Of a stretch of DNA of 64,000 nt, positions 24,240 to 36,022 are shown one piece after another. The notes below the pieces were generated by a model. That model was not told the origin of the DNA. It saw only the letters and a program-made list of their open reading frames with translations, and ran no database searches. How positions within the stretch are numbered: the first letter of the stretch is position 1; every line of letters begins with the position of its first letter. The stretch spans positions 1 through 64,000 of the forward strand of contig OZ287070.1 of NCBI GenBank assembly GCA_965645245.1, given 5' to 3'. This stretch comes from Massalongia carnosa. Taxonomy: Eukaryota. Both the position numbers and the translations under genes were made by a program.

Positions 24240-27200
24240 AAAGCGAGCCAAGCCTAATTCCTAAGGGGACTATAACGAGCGGAGGCCAAAAATACCCGGC
24301 GACAGTGTTGCTTGATGGAGCAGCCGAGATTAATGTGATTAATCAGGGATTCGCCGTCGCTTCAGATCTTAGACCTATTGAAAGCGAACTACCTGCTCCT
24401 CAATTCATGGATGGTAAAGAGGTTTACTGATATGGAGCTTATGAGGTAGTAATGGCTCTCGAGGATATTTGGGAACGACAGCGCACCTTTACCAGCGTGT
24501 TTTACGCAATTGACAAACAGGGCCCTGACTTGGTGTTGGGTCTCCCTGGTCTCAAACAGCTGGGTATCGTAATCGATTATGGAGCGAAGCGCTGGCGTTA
24601 TGGCTTTCAGTCTGATATGTTCGAGTTGTGCAAGCCTAAACAGTTTGCGAAGACCCTGGATTCCGGGGCACCACTCTATGCTATAGTGGCTCAACCCATT
24701 GCACCTTCTTCCGAAAGACAACCTGTTAATGTTGGCGCTGTTGATGAGAACAACAGCCGGAACACCAACGAAACGCAGGGGATACCTGTGGAATTTGCTG
24801 AATTCCAGGATGTTTTTTCTAAGGACAGAGCCAATCAATTAGCTACGCACAAGGACTGTGACCACGCTATCGATTTAGAAGGCGGTGATCCACCTTATGG
24901 TCCTTTATACAACTTATCGAATACGGAGCTTAAGACTCTTCGGGAATATCTTGACGACGCCCTGGCGAAGGGTTGGATCCGGCACTCCACCAGTTCTGCA
25001 GGTGCACCAATACTATTTGTGCCTAAGAAGGACGGTACTCTGCGCCTCTGCGTTGACTATCGAGGATTGAATAAGGTGACTAAAAAGAATCGTCATCCGC
25101 TCCCTCTTATCACGCAGATACTGGATCAGTTAAACGGGTGTTCCTATTTTACCAAAATGGATTTGCGAGATGCTTATCATCGTCTCCGAATCCGCAAGGG
25201 CGACGCGTGGAAGACGGCATTTCGATCCCGTTACGGACACTACGAGTATATGGTTATGCCTTTTGGATTAGCCAACGCCCCTGCAACTTTTCAAGCTTAC
25301 ATCAATAAAGCTTTATCTGGGATCGTGGATGTTTTCTGCGTAGTCTATCTGGACGATATATTAGTATTTTCCAAAGATAGAACCAGCCATGTGGAGCATG
25401 TTAAAGAGGTGTTACGTCGTCTAAGGAAACACGATCTCTATGCAAATCTTAAAAAGTGCGAGTTCTTTGCTACGGCCGTGGAATATCTAGGGTTTATCAT
25501 TAGCAGCGATGGTATCTCCATGGATCCACGCCGGGTTGAAACCGTGCGGGATTGGCCTGCACTTCAGTCCTTTCGAGACATTCAGGTCTTTCTAGGATTC
25601 GCCAATTTCTATCGACGTTTCATACGTCATTATTCTCAAATCACTAGGCCATTGACTGACATGCTGAAAGGCATGCAGGCTGGGATAAAAAGGGGTACTT
25701 TTTATCTTACGGCCGAAGGAGCGGAAGCGTTTAACAAGCTGAAAGAAGCCTTTCAGGGCGCGCCCATCTTGGTTCACTTCGATCCAGAACTGCTCATTCG
25801 CCTAGAGACCGATGCATCGGATTTCGGAATCTCTGGCATTATCTCCCAGTTGCAGAAGGATGGGCAATGGCATCCCGTCGCTTTCTACTCGCGGAAGATG
25901 ATACCGGCCCAGCGCAACTATGAAACCCATGATCAAGAGTTGCTGGCCATTGTGATGTGTTTTAAACACTGGAGGCATTACCTGGAGGGTAGCCTGCACC
26001 CCGTTGAGGTCCTGACAGACCACAACAATTTGAGGGGTTTTATGAATATTAAGGTGTTGAGTGGTCGGCAAGCGCGATGGGCTATGAAATTAGCCGCTTA
26101 TGATTTCGTAATCATGCATCGCTCGGGAAAGACCAATCCTGCCGATGCACCGTCTAGGCGCCCTGATTATCAGAGCATCAACACCGAGGTGACGAGATTG
26201 TTGCCTACTCTTCAAAAGAAGCTGAGCAAAATAGATTCCTTATGCGTAGGTTATACGCCGGGAATTCGTACGGTGCTTGCCGCACTTAGGTATGATCTTC
26301 GCTCAAAGATAGCTTCGTCCGGGATTGAACCCCTGGACAATTTAGAGGGTGAAACCTCTAAATCAATTACTTCTCTTGACGAAGAGAGTGATACTTTTGA
26401 AGTCGGCTTGACGCAATGTATTCCCCGGGCTGTAGCTGTTGCCTTATCAGATGAAGAAAAGCCTTTGGAAAGTGCTTCCAAGTCAGTGCTTGAACTCATC
26501 AAGGCGCTACAGGGGAAAGACGCATTCGTGTCTAGCAGGCGAGAGACCGTTGCTAAGTCTTTGAAGCGCAAGGGTGGTCGCTCCCCCGAAGCAATTTGGA
26601 CTATAGATAGCAATGATCTTCTCAATCATCGTGGCAGAATTTACGTGCCCGATGAAGAATCTATTCGTGCGGAGCTGTTGCGGCGTCATCATGACGACGA
26701 GCTCGCGGGTCATTTTGGTGCGGAGAAAACAGCTGAGTTGCTTACCCGCAAATACTATTGGAAAGGACTTAACAAGACTGTGAAGAAGTACACGGAATCC
26801 TGCGACATTTGTCAAAGGACGAAGGCGCCTAGGCACCGACCTTACGGGGTTATGCAATCGCTTCCACGTCCTTCCGGTCCTTGGAAAGAAATCACTATGG
26901 ATTTCATAACTGGGTTTCCACCTAGCAAGCGTTTCGGCCGGGTTTATGACTCGTGCCTAGTAATTGTGGATAGATATACCAAAATGGCGCTATACATCCC
27001 GGTTACGAAAAAAATCAATGCAGTGGACCTTGCAGAAATTCTGTTTGAATCGGTAGTATTACAGTTCGGCGCTCCTGAGGGCATAGTATCGGATAGAGGG
27101 TCGGTCTTTACCAGTGAGTACTGGTCAGAAATTTGTTTTCATTTAAAGACGAAACGCCGGCTTAGCACGGCCTTTCACCCTCAAACTGATGGCCAAACCG

Positions 27201-27988
27201 AACGACAAAACCAGACCCTTGAACACTATTTGAGAGTTTACTGCACTGACAATCAATCCAACTGGGTGGCACTATTGCCCCTAGCACAATTTGTCTACCA
27301 AGTCAGTTATCAAAGTACGCTTGGGTGCAGCCCCTTTTATTGTATGTACGGCTATAACCCGGAGATTCGCTACGAAGTCGGGGACGACATCGCTGTGGAG
27401 AGGGTGCCCGCTGCGAAAGAACGAGTAAAGCAATTACACGAGTTCAGATATTCTTTAGAGGCACGCTGGAAAAGCGTATCCGAAGCGCAGGCCAAGTACT
27501 ACAACAAGAAACATCTTGAGAAAGATTTCAATGAAGGGGACTTGGTAATGTTATCTGCCAAGAATCTAAAACAAAAAAGGCCTAGTAAGAAACTTTCACA
27601 TAAGTTTTTAGGTCCTTTTCGCATTCTAGAAGCAGTCGGCAAGCAGGCATATCGTCTTGCTCTTCCTACGACTTATAGAATTCACCCGGTCTTTCATGTC
27701 TCTTACCTAGAACCTTACAAGCGAAGAGATGGTCAAGAGCATATACCGTTTCTACCCCGACCTGAAATTATTAACGATGAACAGGAATGGGAAGTGGAAG
27801 AAATTATAGGTAGAAGGTCTGAGAAAGGGGAAATATTCTATAAGGTAAAATGGGTAGGATACCCTGAAGAATATGATGAGTGGGTACCAGAGAAAGATCT
27901 GGATGGAGCCTTAGAACTGAAGCAGGATTTCGATGCAAAGCCGAAAGCAAAGCGCAGGCGAATCAAGAAACTACAGTTTACTCGCTGA
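24182..27988 (+). pseudogene. pol: Element D pol (protease, RT, RNase H, integrase, chromodomain) with one in-frame TGA at 24428
   Basis: LDGAAE protease is in frame with the 1178-aa ORF (YLDD, TDAS, GHFG..CDIC, FHPQTDGQTER, YKVKWVGY). Confidence 0.93.
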
Positions 27989-28468
27989 ATCCAGCGAAAC
28001 CCTTCTTATTCGCCATCTCATCACCATCGGAACCTTCTGCTTCCTCGTCCGGCACCTCGTCATCACCATCAGTAGCTTCTACTTCCTCGTCCGACACCTC
28101 CTCATCACTCTTTTCTTCCTCGAGACTCTCGCAAGAGGAGCTTTCGGAGACAGCAGTCTCGTACTCCTCACCGTCTTCACCTAAATCAACAAACCACCAA
28201 CGCTAGCGTTACCGAGCTCGGATCTCTGCTGATAATCGCCATCGTCCCCTTCTCCGCTACTTCTAGCGCTTGGAGCGGCATCGGCGACCCAGCATTACCG
28301 AGAAGCTAGTGATATTTACATCTATCTACGTCAAGCGCCAGGTATTCGCGCTTTCTACACAACAAACTTGCTATCTACGCGACATCTTCTATCACGTCCC
28401 TACACACTCCCTTCCACGTTCGAGTACTGTACGTGCTGGAGGACCAGCACTATAGGAGAGGAGGCAAT

Positions 28469-28937
28469 TGTCAGGGCATAGAAGGAATAAGGGCTAAGCT
28501 AACTAAGCGGGGCTTAGTTCTACGGCTAGGCTTAGTCATATGGAAAGCAGTTGGTCTGCGTTACGCGGTTGGTATCTACTGCCGAGAGTATAGTACGAGC
28601 GATCGAGATATACGAGGATGCTCGTACGATTAGTGAGCGGATGGTACGATACAGTCAGCACAGTGTCCACGATGCAGTCAGCAGAGTGTTTAGCCGGCTT
28701 ATCCGGTAGGAGTAATGGGCGGTCAAGATAGTTACAGTATCAAGGGCCCAGAGGGTCAAGGGCTTCGGTCCGGGTATATAAGGAGGCTGCTCGAGGGAGA
28801 TGCAATCTTCAACGATTAGTCTTCCGCTTTACCTACATACTTCTTTTAGTATATTAGTATAGCAAATCATTAGTGTCTTCACATTGTCACATATCACTAG
28901 GCCTGGTGTCTGATAATCGCCAGGTCTGACTCTTACA
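28469..28937 (+). repeat. 3' LTR of element D (469 bp)
   Basis: TG...CA; matches 22516-22920 with one visible mismatch. Confidence 0.95.
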
Positions 28938-29629
28938 CTATTGGAGAGTACGAATACGGGCAAAAAAAGGTTCAGGCTTTTAATTAGTCACAGCGTGTCA
29001 CGGAATCGCTTCGCACCGTCCCGCTTGTCCTGATCGGGTTAGTATTTAACAGGGCCCATTGCTGTAATCCATCGTGCTCAGGCGTTCTTCTGCCGCCCTC
29101 AGCGCACTATCAATCTCCTACAATCCGTATCCAATCTCAACGTCTCCACTATCCAGGCTTATGACTGAGAGTGCTTCAGCACAGATAAAGGCGGGATAGG
29201 TCAAAGCAATCATGTTAAGCAAATTAGTACAGGAACAGAGACGGGGCAAGTCGAGAATAGGAGAGTTGAAAGCAATGGCTATAAAGTCTATGTGGTTTCC
29301 CAGGTTTTTAGAGCCCTTCATCGGACGTCTTGAGTATTATTCTCTACTTCTAGTTTTAGCATATCTAGATATCCGTTCTTCAAGATAGAGTCTTGTATCT
29401 CTCCAGCCCTCCCCTGACACAGCGAGAGACTAAGTTTGTATCAATATAATCTTTGCTGAGTTGAGGCATTAATACTGAAAAGCAATCCATACTCGAATGA
29501 CGAACACCTGGAATCAACAGTCCTCGGAGAGAAAGATGTTGTTACAAAGAATCATTCATCGGCGAGTTATGCGTCAGATTGGATAAAGAGATGGGACTAT
29601 TCGGCGGTCACAAAAGCTGTCCACAATCC

Positions 29630-30400
29630 ATTTGCCACTTCTTGACGATCTTGTAGATCTTGATGCGGGAGATGAAATGACAAAGTCGATGAGGTCAACA
29701 GCGCGGCTTTCTTCCTCGACATCATCGTGTAGAGCTTCGATCGTTCGTTGCGAGAGGTGGATTCGGGTTTTTCGGTATGTATTGATTGGTATTATGCTTT
29801 GGGATTATCAGTAACAACAATAGAAGGAAACCTCTTCACCTAGACCGCCGCAGTTGACGAGCCACGAGGTATGCAATCTTATTAACCGCGTTCTAACGTT
29901 GTATTAACATCTCTCCTAGAATTCTTCACAACGTGGGCCCTCACAATTAAAACACAGCGCATCAAGTTTATCCTTCGTAAGTATTCGCTTTGTTTGTAGA
30001 ATATCTGTTAGTCTAACAATTGCGTTGGAAACAGTTTAAAGACAAGATATCGTCAACTCCAACTCCACTCGCGCAATACGCAATCGTGACGACAGATTCG
30101 GGTCAAGAAGTTGCGGTAGATTACGATTTACGCATGGGGAAAGACTGGCGGATTCGAATTCGGTATGATGCAACGTGGAACGAGTAGCAGACTGCTGTGG
30201 GAATGAAAGATGAAGAGTCGTTCTGGTATACTGTACCAACATTTCCCGAGGCCGTATTGAGCTTTAAGAAGGAATATAGTTCGTTTTTGGATCGGGTGGA
30301 TCAGGTGCATAGAGTAATGATACGAAGAGGAAACAGGGCGCAATCTCAAGCAGATGAAGACTCTGCGAGGGAGGACGACAATATGGTAGAACTCACATAA
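29630..30400 (+). pseudogene. Remnant of an intron-containing gene, unknown product
   Basis: Two canonical fungal introns (29869-29919 GTATGC..CTAAC..TAG; 29977-30034 GTAAGT..CTAAC..CAG) flank a 57-bp exon; the outer limits are uncertain. Confidence 0.45.
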
Positions 30401-30810
30401 CATTATTTAAAACAAATCTTGATAATATACTCGACTGATGTGTCTTTATTGTCGTATCTTGCAGCATCAAGCACTCGAAAAGGAAACAAAAGCAGTGCTA
30501 TTTTGAAATACGCAGGATTTGTTACAATCGTTACTAAAACAACAAGTTAATTAATAAAATTATTGGATTCAAATGCTTATAACGACACAAAAGAGTCAAT
30601 ATAAAAATTATCATCATTGGACAAAGAAAGGTAAAGGTAATCAATAGTCAAAGAGCAACTGTTTACACGTCAAATGTTGGACTATTCGTCAATAGCACAT
30701 GTCAAACGTGGGCGCAATTGGCAGTACCTAGAACATTTCGGCTAATTGACTTATCTAGCCTATTAGTCGACCATTTGACCAATTCGCGGGTCCTCCCGAT
30801 TTCCCGATGT

Positions 30811-31189
30811 TGTGTCGAGAGGCATGTCCGCAGTGTAGAGAGAGATTCAGTCGGAGGTAACCTTCTACCTCTACGTTGGTAGTGGTGACGGCGAAATGAA
30901 GCTATATAGCCTCGGCGTCTAGACTTTATGTTTAGAGGCGGGCTAGCGATGTGGCGATGGATATAGCCGGAGGTAGAACTGTTCTACCTTGCAAGGGAAG
31001 ATCTAGAAGGCTGCTCGAGGCTGACTGGATGATCCAGCGAACGTCGAGTTCGTGGATGGATTCTGAGTTATTGTTGGATGTAAGGCGATAAGGTCAGAAG
31101 TGGGTTGCAAGGCTCCTAAGGCTCCCAAGGCTATAGGCTTGGGGTGAGTAGGATAAAAACCAGAACGAATCCTGTAGTATTCGTTAGCA
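30811..31189 (+). repeat. Repeat family C, partial copy 3
   Basis: Matches ~15487-15871 and ~17551-17937. Confidence 0.8.
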
Positions 31190-31269
31190 GGAGAAGTTTC
31201 TTTTAAGCGAATTACACATTCGCTTAGTTTTTTGGTGGCAGGAGACCTTCAAATCAAGATCCATATATA

Positions 31270-31959
31270 CAGGCTTTGCCTTTGGGACCTTCCTGAAGCT
31301 TATCACGATCCCATTTCTGATCAAGAGTTCCAAAAGACCAGTCACAGCCTTTGCCTGAACCCATCCGCACAGAAGACTCATCTGACCAGATCACAGTTTT
31401 CCTCCGATCCACCGTCCAGTCCTCGTGTTTTCGTGCCCAATTCAGTCAGAGTTTTGCCAGAGCTAGGGTCAATTTAGGCCGCCTCAAGGCTATCCAATGA
31501 GTTATCCCATTGTTCTTGAGCACCTTGTTGAACGTCTGCCTGCAGATCTTCAACCCCAAGGCTGTTTTGACCTTATTCCAAATTGTTTTTTGGTTGGTTC
31601 GAATATACTGCAGCACGGATCTGACCGCTCGAGGGGTAACAACGGTGGGCCGGCCGTATCGGGGTCTGTTTTCTCCAGACGTAATTGTTTGTTCTCTCTG
31701 CAAAAACCTCTGAATAGTGGTGCGGGAGACGTTCAATTGATGATGAATTTCAGTTTGTGTTAAACCCGCCCTGGCGAGGCCTGATATTTGACCATTTGTA
31801 AACGTAGATAACTCCCTTCAAGGGGTCTTCTTAGCAGAGATGGGGGTCAATGGGCTTCGTTTGGGCATGATGATCGTGAGTTGAAAAGGATGAGTTTAGG
31901 GGAGACGCGATTTTTCGCAAAAATTACGAGAAATGACGAACACTTAATCATATATACTG
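31270..31959 (-). mobile_element. Truncated Tc1/mariner remnant (5' end and N-terminal transposase)
   Basis: ORF 31446-31736 (VSRTTIQRFL..RYGRP..ALRRPKLT); TA|CAG terminus at 31959-31961. Confidence 0.75.
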
Positions 31960-32324
31960 TAACCCCTCAATGACCCCCAAATGACCCCCCAATGAACCCC
32001 AAATGACCCATTCAATTAATTACAGTTCCTGGGGGTCATCGTGACAGCGCTAGAAGCAAAATTACGTGCATGTTACGGTAATTGACCACCAAATAACCTT
32101 AGACAATATGGGGGTTATTTGGGAGTCATTTCAGTAATTTGCCGATCGCAGTAATTTAACCGTTGAATTAAATATATCACCTCTTTTATTACGAGCTTGT
32201 TGAAAACAAGGAATCTATATATGAGCGCGTGAGTTATGATGATGTATTCATATTCGTATGTCACTGGCCGTAGGCCGGCCCATACGGGCAAAGCTATCCA
32301 AGTTATATATCATGGAAAACCTTC

Positions 32325-33790
32325 TTAAAGTGTAAAAACTACTCCGTATATCCCATGATACCTGTCTATTGCGACACCTCGATGCCGGACGGGAGACGCA
32401 GAGCCAGAAGCGTGTGAGGGCTGTGACGCCGTGTGAGATGAGAAGGAAAAGAGAAGTGAGACTACTGTTGATTGTACAATAGTGTGGATGCCAGTGTGGA
32501 TTGAGTTCAGTAGACCTGTTTTCATTAGCCAAGCAGTTAATATCTTCAGAGTTTTTACCGTTTCGGACAGCTGTTGATAGTTGTTCGTGCCAGCGGCGCG
32601 AAACATCTGCTCTCTGTTGTCAATAAGTCTACAGAACATAATTACGTGTTCTGGAGTTTGTCTGTGCCAGCCACATGGGCAGGCCGGTGAGGTGACGGCG
32701 GGGACCCGTCGCTGGTAGAGGAAGTCAGCTAAACTGATGTTACCGGTGCGAATCTGTGTTGTCACGGCGCTTTCTGCCTTTTCCAGCAGCGTGTATATTT
32801 TCAGTCTTTTTTTGCTTAAGGTACTGATTGAGCTATGGAGGGTTCGATGACGCGATTTTGATATGCGTGCCACGGGTCGTCCCAGACTTTCAGCTGTCGT
32901 GTTTTAAAGTATCTGCAGTTGCTTTAGACGATCCGACGCTGCTACAGAGACTTTACGGAGATGTGCCTAGGAGGGTTCGGACCATGGTAGGTCTGCTTTA
33001 GGTTGTTAAACGATTTTTGCATCGATCAGCAGGTTTTTGGCCCAGGTATACTTCAACTCGCTCGGGAGGTTATTGAATGCGTTTACGGCCTACCTTACTT
33101 CGGAGTTTGTTTACTATACTGCTGCATGCGGAAGAAATAATTTTCAATTGACCTCCGGCTCTGAGACGATTTCTGGCCTGTGTGAAACGGGGAGACCTTC
33201 TCCCAGCAGGCATTCACTACTGGAAGATAGGATCCACAGGGGCTACACAACGTGATGGTCACAATAGAGGTACAAAATAGGTAGGGTCGGGTCAAAGGGT
33301 AGACTAAATGCTACCCTTTTGAAGTGCTTAATCATTCATCTATATAGAATAGGACAATCCACAACCTAAGCTCTTCTTCCGTACCTTGCCCATACTACCT
33401 GGTATTTTCGGTCACCGAAACACTTCGGTCACCGAAAGACACGGGTAGATGAGACTAGGCAGGCGAGCTAGGGGAGGTGAGGCGAGGCGCGGGGATACTT
33501 CGTGTACTACGAAAACACCTCCATAATAAGTTAAGTCCCCATACTATGCCTAACTGGGTTAGGCGGGACCTTGTTGTCTTGGTGGTTGTTTTAGCTGTAC
33601 GTATCCCACATAGCCACATAGGCTAGTCTTACGTTCAACGAACGCATACTAGGCCTACCCTATTACACTGTGCCTGTATCATGTCGAGATTTGCATCTGT
33701 GGGTGCTATGTATGTCTATCCTTCAAGAACTAGAGTGGGAGAGGCTTTGACGATGCCAGCTATAGTGCGGAGACAATTGTTTTGATGATA
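32325..33790 (-). mobile_element. 3' fragment of a non-LTR (Tad1/I-like LINE) ORF2, interrupted by a solo LTR
   Basis: QIRTGN..CPCGWHRQTPEHVIMFC C-terminal CCHC; the upstream part reads QNNCLRTIAG..KASPTLVLE. Confidence 0.8.
33183..33667 (-). repeat. Solo LTR of the element B family
   Basis: Diverged copy of 4763-5246 flanked by the 5-bp TSD CTGTG. Confidence 0.95.
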
Positions 33791-34821
33791 CTCGTTGTCG
33801 ATTTTGATTTTTTGGGAATTTACTATACGGTTGACCTGTATCTCATCACCCACATTTGAATTATCATTTATTATATTATACTTTACGATTGACACGATTT
33901 GCTTTAATCATCATACAATTTGTTGGATGACATAATGCGATAATAGGGTTGATGTCTCGTTTATAACGAGTTCGATTTAATTGTCCTACTCCAGAGCTTC
34001 ATCCCAATGTTGTGGCTTACCCGTGAATTTGCGATATTGCTTCGCAATATTACTCGGTTTAGTCAAATATATTGCTTACCCGTCTTCTTATAAGAGAAGT
34101 TCGTGATAAACTCCTCGTTAGGAAAAAGCTCTTTTGCCATCATTGTATCTCGCGCGTTGATGCTTTTAGTCTTTTACGAATGACTTTTAACAACTCTGTT
34201 TGACTCATACGTTCCATATTTCCCGTCGTTTTCGCACGTCGCATATGTGCATTCCAAAAATCTTCTTTATTTGCGTAATTGCGTCGTTCCTGCATTGTGC
34301 AATTTATTTCGTTTAAAAAGTGTTTTTTAATAAAGTGCTCGTCAATAAATATACCTTCCAATTGCTATAATGTGCATTGAGAAGTGTCTATGTTTCTGAC
34401 ATATGACCTTTGTATAACGTTCCCCAATACAGTACAGGTACGCCGACCCCTCTCACATACACTTACGCGGATGTTTCGTCCTCTCAATCGTTAATAAACG
34501 CGCTCATATTTTCAGCATATTTGACATGCGGAGGAGCAGGGCACATCATAAATCGTGACGGTCACTTGGCCGTGTAGTATGACAATCGTAGTTGTTTTCT
34601 TTTTCTTCGTTGGTGCTTAGCTCTCTGCATCTGCTGTTCGAGAATTTGCTGGTTTAGAACAAGACAAGGATGCTAATGTTCCCGCTTCGCCAGCTATTGC
34701 TTCCCGCACAATTCTTTGCATTGTTTCTTATAAATTATCTGTTGCTTTATCTGATGAATCGATGTAATAATGATGATTGTACGTGATCAGTTTTGTTTGC
34801 TCGTACTAGATAATAGAGTTT

Positions 34822-35111
34822 TGTTGAATATTCAACTCCTACCAGTAAAGTGAACACCTACCAGTTTAATGAACATAGCACCTACGACTGCCCAAGATGG
34901 ACAGAGCACCTACAGAAACGGTAGATGCCGTATTAGGCTTAGCCTAGAGATTAGATAAGATCGGCTCAGATAATCTTATCACCTCGTCTAACAGAGGGTG
35001 ACCAGTTATGGGACAAAGACTGCTGAACAGCACTCTTCATCCTTAACATCACGGTCATTCATACAATTTTTATAATAGCTATATAGCAATAGTCATATAC
35101 CTATTTCAACA
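34822..35111 (+). repeat. Copia E 5' LTR
   Basis: Similar to 57734-58004, with a small internal duplication; followed by the PBS. Confidence 0.9.
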
Positions 35112-36022
35112 GGTTATGAGCCCGGAAGGGCGCTATCGATTCAGTCACGAATCGAATTGCTCATCAGCAGCACTCCAGTGCATAATAGCTAAGCATCATC
35201 GTTTACAAAAAAAACCCCCCTTAGATGCAATACTAAAAAATTTCATTGCGTACTTAGAATTTACCTTACCACGATTATCTATCGAGAACTACGCACATGC
35301 ATCATTACACGAAATTCAAATGCACAATACCTACAATGATCTTGGACACCAGACAGACCGTTAGCCCAAAGGCCCAAGTCAATCTCAACAAACCTTTGAA
35401 TAGCGTGTATGCCTGGAAATTAGAAGGAACGATGGACTTCTAAAGACTAAAGGATACCACTATGTCAACTAGGTTCAGGGAGCAGGAAGAGATACAGACC
35501 CATCTTGGAAAAGTAGTCCTTCCTTGCCAAAAGAAATTTCTTGAACGCCACAGAAGGGAAAACATGGAAGTAGTGAAAGTGGAAGAACCCTGTTTCATTT
35601 AACATGCCTTGTACCTGTTAAATGAAAACGGTATATCCCTGTTCAGACTCTCATTTTCCATGTTGTCAAGTGATAGATAAAAGTTCACTAGGATACAAGC
35701 CGATGATAGATCAAAGTTCATCAGGTTACAATAAAGCCACCAAGTGATAGATAAAAGTTCACTAGGATAGAACCCGATGATAGTGTAAGGAAGCTGTCGT
35801 CGATTCTAATCAACCGCTATTAAACTAAAATTTATCTACAAAAGAAGAAAAGAAACATTGTGCGCGACTCGCTAGAAATATCTGCACCGAGTTTCGCGCT
35901 AGCCTCGCGTGCTCGCGTGCTCCCCCCTTCCATCTCAGTCTTATGTCAGGCTAGGACCCTGACACTATCCCCCCTTCTATTGGCGAGGTCTCCGAAGCGC
36001 TAAGTGGCAGGCGCCCTGCCAG

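Larger units (their letters stand above)
22516..28937 (+). mobile_element. Ty3/Gypsy chromovirus D with a truncated 5' LTR
   Basis: LTRs at 22516-22920 (missing the first 64 bp) and 28469-28937; PPT GGAGAGGAGG before 28469; gag and pol lie between. Confidence 0.95.
18348..30809. mobile_element. Putative large TIR DNA transposon, degenerate, containing nested insertions
   Basis: 17-bp inverted repeats CATCGG(A/G)AAATCGGGAG at 18348-18364 and 30793-30809. The flanks rejoin into repeat-C sequence with TT duplicated. Confidence 0.55.

Noticed and set aside
31962..32140. AATGACCCC motif cluster with inverted copies as a MITE
   Set aside because: I could not define termini or a TSD.
33800..34800. 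AT-rich stretch with a 73-aa ORF (34140-34361) as a host gene
   Set aside because: It has multiple stops and no recognisable domain; it cannot be assigned without a search.
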